The position numbers and the translations under genes were made by a program. Source: an uncultured Candidatus Saccharibacteria bacterium (GTDB lineage Bacteria; Patescibacteriota; Minisyncoccia; Phycocordibacterales; UBA12445). Taken from it: 64,000 bases of DNA. The notes below the pieces were generated by a model. That model was not told the origin of the DNA and searched no databases. It saw only the letters and a list, made by a program, of their open reading frames with translations. The stretch spans positions 17,983 through 81,982 of the forward strand of contig CAZHDO010000003.1 in NCBI GenBank assembly GCA_964531375.1, written 5' to 3'. Of this stretch, positions 30,164-41,240 are shown piece after piece (position 1 is the first letter of the stretch; each line of letters opens with the position of its first letter).

Positions 30164-31279
30164 CTATTTATCCCCATCATTTACCAACTTCGAAGTGACG
30201 GAGAGATTTTCAAGTTGTGCAATTCGTTCTTCTAATTTTTTGATTACTTCCTTGTCTTGTAAGATTATGCCCTTACTGGACAATTCTCTTACCTGCTTGT
30301 ACTTGTCATCAATTTCTTTTTCAAGCCTTTCGTTCGCCCTAAGAACTGAGTCGACCAATCTGAGTGTTAAATCATCCAAAACCTGACCATTTTCTCTTTT
30401 TGATTTATCTAACTCCTGTTTCGCTTTATCCTTTTCCGTACGATTTTTCTTTCCATCAATAAGTTTCCATTGGGCATACAGCACTACCAATCCCCCAAAA
30501 ATACCGCCGACTGCATTAGCAATAATTGGTGTATCGTTTGCTGTCCGCCATGCCGATTTCATATAATCAACAACATGGTATTTATCCCACAGATCAAATA
30601 TTATTTGTGGATCAAGATGCTGAAAAAAAGTGAGATCGATTGGTGACTTGCTTGTTATCTCACTTATGGATGTATACTTTTGTAAGTTTAAATCAAGATT
30701 TCTAGAATTTCTCATCCTAACTGTACGATATACACTTTTACTCAGGTCGTGGTAGTTACCATTTTCGTCGTACCTATCATCTCCTATTTTCGATGATTTA
30801 AATTTTGTGAGACTAATGCTGAGTTTAGATGCGTATTTAGTTCCAACCACACCTATTACACGTTCAACTTCAGGATGTTTTTTAAGAAATGGTTTAAATC
30901 TTTCTTCTATTTCACCTACATTCAGTGTTGCTTCTATCAAAACAAAAAAGATGTCGTTTTCAAACAACTCAGAAAGACCGTGTTCCTCAACCATCTTTCG
31001 ATATTCTCTTGCATGAAGATAACCTTTTTTCTTTGCGAACGATTCATTTAATTTACTAAATTTAGGTATCCCTTCACTAAGAATTTTTTCCAATAAAGTC
31101 TCCTTGTCTATCTTTATGGCAACAAAAAAGAGCAAAACATAAAATTGCATGTCTGCTTTTGTGGAATTTGCGATAGTATCTTTATAGAGAAAATTTACAA
31201 CCTCATCACGTAAATTAAGTAAGGAGAGATCTTTTAATCCCTTATCCTTTTCTTTAATTTTTACTTCTATCTTTTTCAT
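30164..31279 (-). CDS. Hypothetical protein with TM segment and C-terminal coiled coil
   Basis: IIANAVGGIFGGLVVLYAQW then heptads; overlaps res stop. Confidence 0.65.
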   Translation of the reverse strand: MKKIEVKIKEKDKGLKDLSLLNLRDEVVNFLYKDTIANSTKADMQFYVLLFFVAIKIDKETLLEKILSEGIPKFSKLNESFAKKKGYLHAREYRKMVEEHGLSELFENDIFFVLIEATLNVGEIEERFKPFLKKHPEVERVIGVVGTKYASKLSISLTKFKSSKIGDDRYDENGNYHDLSKSVYRTVRMRNSRNLDLNLQKYTSISEITSKSPIDLTFFQHLDPQIIFDLWDKYHVVDYMKSAWRTANDTPIIANAVGGIFGGLVVLYAQWKLIDGKKNRTEKDKAKQELDKSKRENGQVLDDLTLRLVDSVLRANERLEKEIDDKYKQVRELSSKGIILQDKEVIKKLEERIAQLENLSVTSKLVNDGDK

Positions 31280-34110
31280 ACATTCAGTAATACTGATACT
31301 GTAGAGCTAACTGTTATTTTTTCTGTTGGGACAATCACGTATCGCCACGGTTTTGCTATTCCATATTTACCAACATTCTTTGAAACTAACTCGCAATACT
31401 TATCTGCTGTTTTCTTTTTCTCTTGTATATCTAGATTGCCTATCTCCCCACTTGTTTTTACTTCAACCATTACAATTTCATTTTCAAATTCAACTATAAA
31501 ATCTGGCTCGTAGCGGTGTTGTGAATTGCCAAATTCGTCACGCCAATATAGTCCTTCAAATTGATTTGGGGCAGGTCGAAGCCAGTCTTCAACTGAACCA
31601 TCCCTGTCTAATAAATAAGCCAAACGTGCTTCGTCAGAGGAATCGAAACGATACATTGAGTGACAGGCCTTACTAAACCCCGTATAAATTCTATCTCTCG
31701 AAAAGCGATCAAATTGGGATTCTAGTGTGACAGGTTTCTCGTCAAAACTTCGGGAAATATTGTACTGTTCCAAATATGGTTTTGGTTCACGAATACCAGA
31801 CTCCAAATAGCCCTCGGACTTAAAATGTTTGTGATCCAATATTTGAGCGTATATTTCATTAGCTATTTGGCGTGTATTATTTTCTACCATCATCTTGAGG
31901 GTATTAACATCAGCCGTAAAAGATCTGTAGTATGTAGTCGCTTGTTTTGAAAGCTTGATCAACAATTCTTTCTGTTCATCGTAATCGATGAGAGGATGAT
32001 CGGAGTCAACTAAAACAGAAATGATCGTATTTTCAGGACTCTGAGCCCGACCCTCACCAAGACTCGATACGCGAGTAACTTCAGTCTCCCTACGTCCTTG
32101 ATGGGCAACACCAAATAAATCTTTTTCTTCTTTCCCCTGCAACGACTGCTCGAGTATTGAAGCTTCCGTAGCAAATCTACTTAATTTCTTTATATCCAAA
32201 TTAAAATCATCTATAACAAGCTCTCCATAGTGAGGTGTGAGCATTAACCTTGGAATAGGGATGTTACGAATCTCAATAGTTTCTTTAGAAATACGTCCGA
32301 TGCTCTCAAGCTCTTTTTTAGCAGGCTCACTTAAAATATTAAACAGTGAACTCTCTTCATATACAGTGCCACCAGTCTGCCCAACTCCTATTTTTCTTGC
32401 CTCATTCTTTGCGGTTATCTCCACAATTTCATTTACCTTATTTTGTATCGTTGCCACCTTAACATCCTCCGGGGTGTCTTCTCCTATAACAGCACTGACT
32501 GTTTTTGTCGCTTGCTCTTGGATTTCCTGCATTATCACCGGACTAGCCTTAATTTGATCCTGTATGCTTGTTACGAATGCCGACTGAACCTCAATAATTT
32601 CTTTTACTACTTTTGTATCATCAGTTGAAATACTTTCAATATTTGTTGGTTGAATAAGCTTAGAGTTGCGTGCTTCTTCAATAACTTTCGCGTAATTGTC
32701 ATGGGCAACAATCATCACACGATCTACTTTTTTGTTTCCAGTTTTTTCCCCGTATGGTAGACGGAGACCTCGGCCAATTGTTTGTTCAGTTAAAATCTGT
32801 GCAGCCGAAGATCGTATTGGTGCAATGGTATAAATATTAGAAACATCCCAACCCTCCTTAAGCATGTTCACGTGGATAACAATTTCTACAATATTATCAG
32901 GATGTTCAAGTGATATTAATTTTTCAATCGTTTCATCTGCTTCATCTCCCCTTGTTTTTGTATGAACCTCAATCACCCTTCCCTTATAGACACCGCCCCT
33001 AAAATCATCACTATCAATTAGTTTACGGAGCGCGCTGGCGTGGGCTGTATCTTTGGCTACTACAAGCATCACGGGCTTCACCTCCTGCTTATCATTTTCG
33101 AGCGCATAATCTTTTAAAGCTAACTTTGCTCGTTCGTGGAAAAAAGCGGCGAGCTGTAATTTACGAGCGTCTGTTTCTATAGATTCAGCGTCCAAATGAC
33201 TAAAATCGACATCAGCTTCCGTGCCAATCCATGGATCTTTCACATACCCATCACGAATAGCATCACCGAGATTATAGACATAGAAGATGTTTTTCTTGAG
33301 AACAAGTTCCGCACCCCTCCTTGTAGTAGTTGGGGCAAGATATGGCGTAGCGGTAAATTCAAGTCCAAATAACGGATCAATACGGTCAAGAGAACTCATT
33401 GCAGCATCGGCGTGATAGTGATGCGATTCATCCATCAACACAACCAGATCATCGAGTGACGCTAGGTGATCAAAGTAAGATAAAAGCCTCCCGTCTTCTA
33501 CTCCAAAAATTTCCGAACCTTTTGTAATACCCTTTTCCTTTTCTATATCTTTTTGTGCAAACTGCTGAATATTAAAAATATTTATTTCAATCTTATTTGC
33601 AAAGAGTTGTGCCGTTCGGCTTTGCACGTAGTTTTCTTTAATGATAATTTTTACATTTGAAGTAGTAAGTTCTTCAATCCCACGGAAAACATATTTGGGA
33701 TTATTGGCTTTGCTAAAATCATCTACCAGTTTACGGTAGATGGTATTACCCGGAGCAACAATCAAAAAATGTTGAACGCCATAAACAAGATAGAGATATG
33801 TCACAAAAGCACCCATGAGACGAGTTTTTCCCACACCAGTGGCAAGAGCGAAAGTATATGCTGGAAAGGTTCGTTCAAAAGCCTGAAATTGCTTCAATCC
33901 AGGGATTGTGTGCGTGTATTCTTTTGTCGCTTCTTCGATATCACTAACACTCCCACGGTTCCCCCTCTTCATTCTTGCTAATACTTTTTTACCAGCATCC
34001 CCCTCTAGAAAATCAGCGAAAAAATGCAAACTTTTTTCTTGCGGAGTTCGCAGGCTCATTGTGTTAGTTATATATTGTAGGGCTTGTTCTTTTTTCATAT
34101 TATTATTCAT
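31276..34110 (-). CDS. res: Type III restriction enzyme Res subunit
   Basis: LATGVGKT, DESHH, TATP, MLKEGWDV, QTIGRGLR, YEPDF..EVK; likely start at 34110 overlapping mod stop. Confidence 0.88.
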   Translation of the reverse strand: MNNNMKKEQALQYITNTMSLRTPQEKSLHFFADFLEGDAGKKVLARMKRGNRGSVSDIEEATKEYTHTIPGLKQFQAFERTFPAYTFALATGVGKTRLMGAFVTYLYLVYGVQHFLIVAPGNTIYRKLVDDFSKANNPKYVFRGIEELTTSNVKIIIKENYVQSRTAQLFANKIEINIFNIQQFAQKDIEKEKGITKGSEIFGVEDGRLLSYFDHLASLDDLVVLMDESHHYHADAAMSSLDRIDPLFGLEFTATPYLAPTTTRRGAELVLKKNIFYVYNLGDAIRDGYVKDPWIGTEADVDFSHLDAESIETDARKLQLAAFFHERAKLALKDYALENDKQEVKPVMLVVAKDTAHASALRKLIDSDDFRGGVYKGRVIEVHTKTRGDEADETIEKLISLEHPDNIVEIVIHVNMLKEGWDVSNIYTIAPIRSSAAQILTEQTIGRGLRLPYGEKTGNKKVDRVMIVAHDNYAKVIEEARNSKLIQPTNIESISTDDTKVVKEIIEVQSAFVTSIQDQIKASPVIMQEIQEQATKTVSAVIGEDTPEDVKVATIQNKVNEIVEITAKNEARKIGVGQTGGTVYEESSLFNILSEPAKKELESIGRISKETIEIRNIPIPRLMLTPHYGELVIDDFNLDIKKLSRFATEASILEQSLQGKEEKDLFGVAHQGRRETEVTRVSSLGEGRAQSPENTIISVLVDSDHPLIDYDEQKELLIKLSKQATTYYRSFTADVNTLKMMVENNTRQIANEIYAQILDHKHFKSEGYLESGIREPKPYLEQYNISRSFDEKPVTLESQFDRFSRDRIYTGFSKACHSMYRFDSSDEARLAYLLDRDGSVEDWLRPAPNQFEGLYWRDEFGNSQHRYEPDFIVEFENEIVMVEVKTSGEIGNLDIQEKKKTADKYCELVSKNVGKYGIAKPWRYVIVPTEKITVSSTVSVLLNV

Positions 34111-35800
34111 CAGAATCACTTTCTTCTTCAATTTCTTCCATTGCCCGCTCTTTAATAGGAAGTAGATACTCTTTCTTTCCAAATTGGCACGCTTTCAAAA
34201 TTGACTGTGGTATTTTCTTAATAGTTATACGACCATCCACCTTTTCACATCCAGGTTCAAATTTCTTTGGACAAATAAGTAACGTCTCGTTGAAACCTAA
34301 ATGGCTCACAATCTGTTGGACCATCGCTACAGATAACATTTGTGTAGTTATATAAATACTATTGTTGCCTTGGCCCTTGCCATGTTTCCGATAATCAGAC
34401 GGACTTGGAGCGAACGTGTAGTTGGTAAGCTTACACATAGCGCGAATAAGCTTAGTGTCATTGTAATAGCTATCAATCACAGGATTACCAAATTCATCAA
34501 TTACTACAAAGCTTGGCGCCAGCTCGTAAAACTTAAATCCACCTCCTCCGTGCCAATTCACAGCTTCGCTGATTCCATTAGGATCTTCGGCGTCAACGAC
34601 TGCCTTCATTCGTTTATGCACGTGCGAATAAGCGTGATCTCCCATTTCTATCCCAATATAATTAAAATTCATTTTATGAGCTACTGCCGTTGTTGTGCCT
34701 GAGCCAAGAAACGAATCCAGAATCCAATCCTTACTAGACAAATTTGCTATTTCAAAAAAAGTCTTAATAAGCGATTCTGGTTTTTTAGAGTTTCGAAATT
34801 CAACCACACCTTCATATCCAACACGGTTGAAAGCTGCAGAAGCATCAAAAAAGGATGGATACGGAAGTTCTTTTGACGAAATTCGTGTTTGGGGTACTCC
34901 TTGAAAATAATTACCATTTTTCTTTTTAATATTTTCTGGTGAAAGAAAATATCTGTGGCCAGTTCCGTCATCTCCCATATTAGGGACCTCGTACAAAACA
35001 TTATGACCATCACTTTGAAGTCGTCCTTCAATATGAGCAACATAAAATCTACCACTACTGTTTCCTTCTCTTAACCCACCTCGAATATTAATCTTCTTAA
35101 GTCCAGTTTTATTTCCATCTGAACGGGTTAATTCATACTCACCAAATTTAAAAACATGACACTCCTTATTTCCCAGCAGAAGTTTTTCTCCGGCTCCAAT
35201 TGTTTTTACAGTCCATTCATAACCTTCATACGGATCAGCCGTGACCAACTGTTTTCTTTTTGAAATATTAAATTGATTTGTTTTTTGATAACAGTGTACA
35301 TATTCAGCGACATCGTGAATATCTTTGTCTCCCTTCAACATTCGCTCTGAGTGTCTAACTTTTATAATAAACGACGTAATAAAATTGTTTCTTTGGAAAA
35401 CTTCATCTAATAGGACTTTCAGATATGCTTGCTCTCCATTATCAATTTGTACAAAAATTACCCCATCATCCTTCAAAAGCATTCTTAACAACTCCAATCT
35501 AGGCCTCATAAGTGAGAGCCAAGTACTATGTTCCACACTGTCATCATAATGTTCAAAAGCATTACCGGTATTGTATGGGGGGTCAATATAAATGCATTTT
35601 ACTTTTCCTTCATACTCAGGAAGAAGCGCTTTTAGAGCGAGTAGATTGTCACCATGAATAATCATATTCTCCGTATCTTTGTCGCCATAGGACAAATCAG
35701 TTCGTTCTTCCAAAATGCGTGGTTCAATGTTAGCAATATCATACTCAGGATTATTCTTCCCGATCCATGTAAGCTCTAGTTTTTGTTTGTTGTTTGACAT
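34103..35800 (-). CDS. mod: Type III R-M Mod adenine methyltransferase
   Basis: IHGDNLLAL, YIDPPYNTG, KKPE, LDSFLGSGTT (beta class). Confidence 0.92.
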   Translation of the reverse strand: MSNNKQKLELTWIGKNNPEYDIANIEPRILEERTDLSYGDKDTENMIIHGDNLLALKALLPEYEGKVKCIYIDPPYNTGNAFEHYDDSVEHSTWLSLMRPRLELLRMLLKDDGVIFVQIDNGEQAYLKVLLDEVFQRNNFITSFIIKVRHSERMLKGDKDIHDVAEYVHCYQKTNQFNISKRKQLVTADPYEGYEWTVKTIGAGEKLLLGNKECHVFKFGEYELTRSDGNKTGLKKINIRGGLREGNSSGRFYVAHIEGRLQSDGHNVLYEVPNMGDDGTGHRYFLSPENIKKKNGNYFQGVPQTRISSKELPYPSFFDASAAFNRVGYEGVVEFRNSKKPESLIKTFFEIANLSSKDWILDSFLGSGTTTAVAHKMNFNYIGIEMGDHAYSHVHKRMKAVVDAEDPNGISEAVNWHGGGGFKFYELAPSFVVIDEFGNPVIDSYYNDTKLIRAMCKLTNYTFAPSPSDYRKHGKGQGNNSIYITTQMLSVAMVQQIVSHLGFNETLLICPKKFEPGCEKVDGRITIKKIPQSILKACQFGKKEYLLPIKERAMEEIEEESDSDE

Positions 35801-35808
35801 AATTATAA

Positions 35809-36387
35809 TTATTTTAGATGTGGACGAAGGAATATCTCGATTTCTTTTATAGCACCATCTACCTTTTTTGAAAACTCATCATTAACTCCAATGTTATATA
35901 TAATACTATCAGTACTATCACTAGAGCGTCCATCTAAATATAAACTTAGTCCGCTATATAGCTCTCTTACTAATGCATCTAGATTTAATTGTGCTTTCGT
36001 TGCCTCAGACCCCCATGATACTTCTGCTTCAAGTAATTCGGCTTCAAGATTTGTCCAAGCTTCTCTCACTTTATTCCATCGAACTGAATATACAGCCCTA
36101 TTCATCTTTTGATTGTCACTATATTCCTCTGCTTTAAATCCATTAACCTCAAGAGCCGACTGCATTTCGCCCAATGGAATGAAGGGGTTTCTCACAAATT
36201 TTATAGCATCTCTTAATTTTAGAGAGGCCTTTAGATACTTTCTGGCAATCTCGTAGTTTGTTTTTCCCATCATCTGCTTCCTCCACCCAACTAATCCAAA
36301 AATGGCAACCCCAGCTACAATAACAGCAGATATAGATGTTATAGAATTTGCGACAGTATTAAATATGATTTCTGTACTTGTAGACAT
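35809..36387 (-). CDS. Hypothetical protein with N-terminal TM
   Basis: ISAVIVAGVAIFGLVGWRKQ; between helicase and mod. Confidence 0.65.
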   Translation of the reverse strand: MSTSTEIIFNTVANSITSISAVIVAGVAIFGLVGWRKQMMGKTNYEIARKYLKASLKLRDAIKFVRNPFIPLGEMQSALEVNGFKAEEYSDNQKMNRAVYSVRWNKVREAWTNLEAELLEAEVSWGSEATKAQLNLDALVRELYSGLSLYLDGRSSDSTDSIIYNIGVNDEFSKKVDGAIKEIEIFLRPHLK

Positions 36388-36389
36388 AA

Positions 36390-39335
36390 CTATATTATCT
36401 TCCAGCTTATGGTGAATAATATTTCTAACTTCGATCTTTGTTTTAACTGAGCCTCTACTTTCTTCAACAAATCCTCTTTTTTTAATTCAACCTCATCCTG
36501 TGCCTCGTATAATTTTCTACGCATTTCATTTCTTTTTTTCTCAGAATCCTTTATTTCCCGTTGAGCTTTAAGTTTATCATCAAGGTCAATAATTTTCTTA
36601 GCATTTGTCTTGGCTGCCTTAATATCAATATCAAGCTTTCTCAAATCAAGTTCGAGAGCTTTCTTTACATCTTCTGACCAATTATCCAGTTTATCCACTT
36701 CGTCATCAAAAAATTCTGCATTCCTTTGCATAATTTGTCCTGAAATTACCGAGATATTTTGATTTTCAAGCTCTTCTATTTTTTTGCGTGCCTCAGGTGA
36801 AAATATTTTTGGTGTAACCGACTGTGCAGAAAGTGAAAATAACTTTTTTATACTGTCCGATTCGATTGACTCCCCTGTTTCATTAATAGCAGACACAACG
36901 ACAGCATCTTCTGATTCAAAAGCTTCAACTGTATAATTTGAGACTTTTAACATTCCGCTTTTACCAACCAGTGGTTCTAGTACAGAAATAATTGATGAGT
37001 GATTTGAGTAATCAAAAACAATCTCTGCTTCATCAACTTGTTTGTTTTTTACTTCATTCAAAATCCTCTGTGCTAAAGAGTGTCCGGGGCGATACACGTG
37101 AGCATCTTCTACATTTTTACCGATTTTATATGGACCCTGATCGATATCCTCGTTTGGAAATGGATTGGTTTTAAGAGAAAAAGAATATTCGTGATCGGAA
37201 AAATCAGCATTATCACCCAAATAGTAACGAGTAACATCCCACAACCAGCGATTATATGTGTCCAAATAGGCTTCGCCTTCTTTTTTATTGATCTTTAATT
37301 TTTCATGCACCTCCGCATCGAAATTTTCTAAGAGCTTCTGTCGAGTGTCGGATAAGTTACTTTTTATACTCTCGTCCATTTCTTCCTGAAGTTTATCAAA
37401 GGCAATATTGATGTCTTCAGACGTTCTGCATGTTTGATAAATACCGGCTATGCGTTTTTCGAAATCGACACCGGACTCAATAGATCCTAACACTTCATCA
37501 CTCGCACCGAACACACCTTTAAACAATTTGAATTTCTGATCCAACAGTTCATATACACGCTGGTCTGCTGCGTTTTTTCTATTAACAAAGTTGATTACGA
37601 CGACATCGTGTTTCTGACCATAGCGATGACAGCGACCAATACGTTGTTCAATTCTTTGTGGATTCCACGGTAAATCATAGTTAATTACCAAAGAACAAAA
37701 TTGTAAATTAACACCCTCAGCTCCCGCCTCAGTGGCGATCATAATTTCTGCTTCATCTCTAAAATATTCAATGAGTGCCGCTCGAGTATCAGCTGTTTTT
37801 GAACCAGTTACTTTGTCAGTGTCCTTATTTCTTGCAAGCCAACTTTTATATATCTCTTTTGATTTTTCATCGTTATTTGAACCGTTAAACAAAACAATTT
37901 TATCCTTATATCCATTATTAGCGAGGAGGGTCTCAGCAAGATATCGTTGTGTGATAGTAGATTCAGTGAAAATTATAGCTTTCTTTTTAGCACCCAACTC
38001 AGCAGTCATCTCAAATCCTTTTTTTAGTGCAGTAATTAAGGCATCTCCTTTGGAGTTCGTGTATATTTTCTGCGCGAGATTACGGAATTTTTCCAGATCA
38101 GCTTTTTCCTGCTCCATGAGTACAATATCTTTCTCTGTGAGAGCTTTCTTTTCCTTCTCATCTTCATCGTCTTCGCTCTCCTCATCATCAATCCATTCAT
38201 CTGATATTTCTGGAAGAGCTTCGAAATCTTGAAGGAGCGAAATAGTACCATCATCTTGTTGTGGTATTTTTGCTTTTGTGTCCACGATCAACTGCCTGAG
38301 CTTATATACCAGCTTATCTAATGTACTAGCGATAGCGAAGGAAGACGATGCCAAAAGCTTTCTCAAGATGAGTGTCATGAGCTGACGCTGACTAAAAGGT
38401 AAAGCGTAGAGCTTTGCCCGCTGAAGATACTCGGACATACCATCATAAAGTTGAACTTCCTGTTCGGTTGGAATATAGTCTTGCGTTATTGGTTTTCGCT
38501 CTGTGTAATTGATATATTCTAGTACTTGGCGACGGAGTGTACGGATACAAACAGGTTTTAGGCGATTGCGTAAATCAACGAACATTTCCTGTTTGGGCTC
38601 AAGAAGACCAACTTCGTTTTCATATATATCTTGCTCACGGGAAACTCTTGCATAATTTGCTTTAAAACTTTTAAGATCCCCGAATACATGATCATCAATA
38701 ATACTAACAAGTCCATAAAGTTCGAGAAGGGAGTTTTGTAATGGGGTCGCAGTAAGTAAAATTTTCGGTACTTCTTCTAATGCTTTCTTTATCTCTTGCG
38801 CAATTTTATTGCTTTTTTTATATACATTGCGTAAACGATGTGCTTCATCAATAACCGCTAAATCCCATTTTGTTTGTTTTATATATGAAGATTTAGATCG
38901 AGCAAAGTGATAAGAACAAATAATTATTTTGTCTTCTTGATTAAATGGATTCAGGTTTCCGTCTTTTATATATTGATTAAAAGATTTTGCCTCAAGAATT
39001 ATCGAAGGTAAAAAGAATTTCTCCGAAAGTTCATCGTTCCATTGTTTTCGTAAGCTCGAAGGGACAATCAAAAGAATACTCCTCTTTCTCTCAGCCCATT
39101 TTTGAGAAAGAACTAACCCGGCCTCAATAGTTTTTCCAAGACCAACCTCATCAGCTAAAATTGCGCCCTTCGAAAGCGGTGAGCGAAAAGCAAAAAGGGC
39201 CGCCTCAATTTGGTGTGGGTTTAGGTCTACTTGAGCATTAGATAGTGTAGAAGAAAGTTTTTCCAAACTATTGGAAGAACATCGTTTTGTCAGCTCATAA
39301 GCAAAATATTTAGCGTGTTGGGCGGTTATTTTCAT
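36390..39335 (-). CDS. SNF2/RapA-family helicase with C-terminal coiled coil
   Basis: LADEVGLGKT, DEAH, LTATPLQN, EAGAEGVNLQ, QRIGRCHRYGQ; ATG at 39335. Confidence 0.9.
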   Translation of the reverse strand: MKITAQHAKYFAYELTKRCSSNSLEKLSSTLSNAQVDLNPHQIEAALFAFRSPLSKGAILADEVGLGKTIEAGLVLSQKWAERKRSILLIVPSSLRKQWNDELSEKFFLPSIILEAKSFNQYIKDGNLNPFNQEDKIIICSYHFARSKSSYIKQTKWDLAVIDEAHRLRNVYKKSNKIAQEIKKALEEVPKILLTATPLQNSLLELYGLVSIIDDHVFGDLKSFKANYARVSREQDIYENEVGLLEPKQEMFVDLRNRLKPVCIRTLRRQVLEYINYTERKPITQDYIPTEQEVQLYDGMSEYLQRAKLYALPFSQRQLMTLILRKLLASSSFAIASTLDKLVYKLRQLIVDTKAKIPQQDDGTISLLQDFEALPEISDEWIDDEESEDDEDEKEKKALTEKDIVLMEQEKADLEKFRNLAQKIYTNSKGDALITALKKGFEMTAELGAKKKAIIFTESTITQRYLAETLLANNGYKDKIVLFNGSNNDEKSKEIYKSWLARNKDTDKVTGSKTADTRAALIEYFRDEAEIMIATEAGAEGVNLQFCSLVINYDLPWNPQRIEQRIGRCHRYGQKHDVVVINFVNRKNAADQRVYELLDQKFKLFKGVFGASDEVLGSIESGVDFEKRIAGIYQTCRTSEDINIAFDKLQEEMDESIKSNLSDTRQKLLENFDAEVHEKLKINKKEGEAYLDTYNRWLWDVTRYYLGDNADFSDHEYSFSLKTNPFPNEDIDQGPYKIGKNVEDAHVYRPGHSLAQRILNEVKNKQVDEAEIVFDYSNHSSIISVLEPLVGKSGMLKVSNYTVEAFESEDAVVVSAINETGESIESDSIKKLFSLSAQSVTPKIFSPEARKKIEELENQNISVISGQIMQRNAEFFDDEVDKLDNWSEDVKKALELDLRKLDIDIKAAKTNAKKIIDLDDKLKAQREIKDSEKKRNEMRRKLYEAQDEVELKKEDLLKKVEAQLKQRSKLEILFTISWKII

Positions 39336-39479
39336 TTTGCCAGTATACAATAAAGAGGCGGAAAAATCGCCTTGAAAGAATGGCGTTTGTATTTTACAAA
39401 CCTCGCTTTCTATTCCCAAAAGATACTGGACATTTCCTCATTTAACACCCCAACAAAAAGAAGAGGGGTTCTACGATTT

Positions 39480-41240
39480 TCAATCCAATTCCTTGTAGTC
39501 CACTTTTAAGAATCGGTTTCTCCTGTTGAAACTGGCTCTCGTATGCTCCTTTATTTTTAGTTTAATTTGTTTTTGCCTTTCTTCGTTCTCGATCTTATCC
39601 CTATTAAGAGTGAGAATATATTGAAAATTTGTTTTAACCTCCTGTTCGGCTAAGAAGTTTAAACTCTGAACCAGTGTATCCTGATCAACATCAAATATAT
39701 TATCGTGTATTAGAAACATTGGATGCCTTTTGTTTGTGTCTTTGTTGAGCATTAAGCTTATGTCGTAGATGAATACTTTGGTTCTATCAACACTGTGACT
39801 ACCATCGTCCGGTATTCTCAAGTCCAATTTGACAATCTGTTTACTAGACGCTTTATTTACTGTCGATATGTCAAAAGAAACCCCTGCGTTTCCCATAATA
39901 TACTCATTTATTTCTGCAATTGTTTTATTGAAATCCTTAATAACCTTACTTATCTCGAATATCTTTGCATCTAGCTCAGAAAACAGATTGTCTTTTTTAA
40001 TTCTCAAGATAACCACTTCACGATTAATTCTTTCAAATTCGTCTAGATTAGCTTGAGTGGTAGCGTATTCATCCTTTTTCTTCGTATAAGTATAAAAACC
40101 TTCTTTTAAGATACTAAGTGAATCATTTTTATCGACATGAATAAGGAGGTCAGCTCTTTTTTCATCCAAAGAATTAAGCTCTTCTTGAATTTTTTGAACC
40201 TCTGACCTTACTTCATCGGCCCTCTCATTTATAAGAAGATTTTGATATTTCTCAATCTTCTTTTTAAAGTCCAAAATTTCATTTATTGACTTGGAAACGA
40301 TCTCGCCTAGACCCGCCTTAAATTTATCGTAAACAATCTGAATGTCACTCGTATTTATATTTTCTACCTTAGGCATAGACTCAATGCGCCTAAGCTCATA
40401 CTTTAAAGCAATCTGTCTCGTTCTAAGTTTTTCTATATTAGAATCTATTTTAACTAATATATCTTGGTTCTGTTGGAAAATTGGTTCAACTCTAAATTTA
40501 TCCAGAGAATCTCCAGCCCTAGATAGCTCCAATTCAAGAGCGTTAAGTTCCGCCTTAACATCAGATATTTTTTTCTTCCCTGAATCCGTTATTCTTTTCT
40601 TAATATGACCTTGTGTTTGAGATTTTTCTTCAATCTCCTTAATAATCTTCTTCATTTCCTTAACAAGAAGAGGGTTAATACCAAAGAGGTATAAATGTGT
40701 CTTAACTAGATCCGAATTCGGAATTTTTTCTCTAAGATCATAACAGTTTACGATATCCTTAAATTCTGAGTTTTCGTCTCTAATCAGTGGGCCTATAAGT
40801 TCTCTAAAACTTGGTCTGTCTAATTTATCTTCCTTATTTTTTTCATAAAAAAGATTAGTCAAATACAAAAGGGCATCGTTCGTGTTTTTATACAAACTAA
40901 TATCACCATCCACTTCTATTGACGGTTTGTCCGGGTCATTTATTGTCCGTTCAATCGTCACTTTTTTGCCGTCTATTACTAAGTCCAAACAAATTCTTGT
41001 ATCATAAGAAAACTTATCGAAAGGAATCTTGGTCACACGACTAGAATCGGCATCTTTAAAGAGACAAAAATTAATAAATTCAACCGACATTGATTTTCCT
41101 ACTCCATTAGTTTTTTTATCTTTACGGGGTCCTGATTTCGCTTCAGAAACTTTTTCACCTAAAATAAGGTTAACACCTTCTCTAAATTCAATAGGATCAA
41201 AAGTTGGCGGTATTGAGTATAATTTTAGTATTTTAATCAT
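39480..41240 (-). CDS. lmuB: Lamassu/ABC-3C SMC-like ATPase (DUF2326-type, short LmuB)
   Basis: TNGVGKS Walker A, long coiled coil, DDGSHS, FLIHD Walker B. Confidence 0.82.
   Translation of the reverse strand: MIKILKLYSIPPTFDPIEFREGVNLILGEKVSEAKSGPRKDKKTNGVGKSMSVEFINFCLFKDADSSRVTKIPFDKFSYDTRICLDLVIDGKKVTIERTINDPDKPSIEVDGDISLYKNTNDALLYLTNLFYEKNKEDKLDRPSFRELIGPLIRDENSEFKDIVNCYDLREKIPNSDLVKTHLYLFGINPLLVKEMKKIIKEIEEKSQTQGHIKKRITDSGKKKISDVKAELNALELELSRAGDSLDKFRVEPIFQQNQDILVKIDSNIEKLRTRQIALKYELRRIESMPKVENINTSDIQIVYDKFKAGLGEIVSKSINEILDFKKKIEKYQNLLINERADEVRSEVQKIQEELNSLDEKRADLLIHVDKNDSLSILKEGFYTYTKKKDEYATTQANLDEFERINREVVILRIKKDNLFSELDAKIFEISKVIKDFNKTIAEINEYIMGNAGVSFDISTVNKASSKQIVKLDLRIPDDGSHSVDRTKVFIYDISLMLNKDTNKRHPMFLIHDNIFDVDQDTLVQSLNFLAEQEVKTNFQYILTLNRDKIENEERQKQIKLKIKEHTRASFNRRNRFLKVDYKELD

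Noticed and set aside
31276-39335. DISARM or BREX call
   Set aside because: No drmA/drmB/PLD or pglZ/brxC; motifs fit type III Mod/Res
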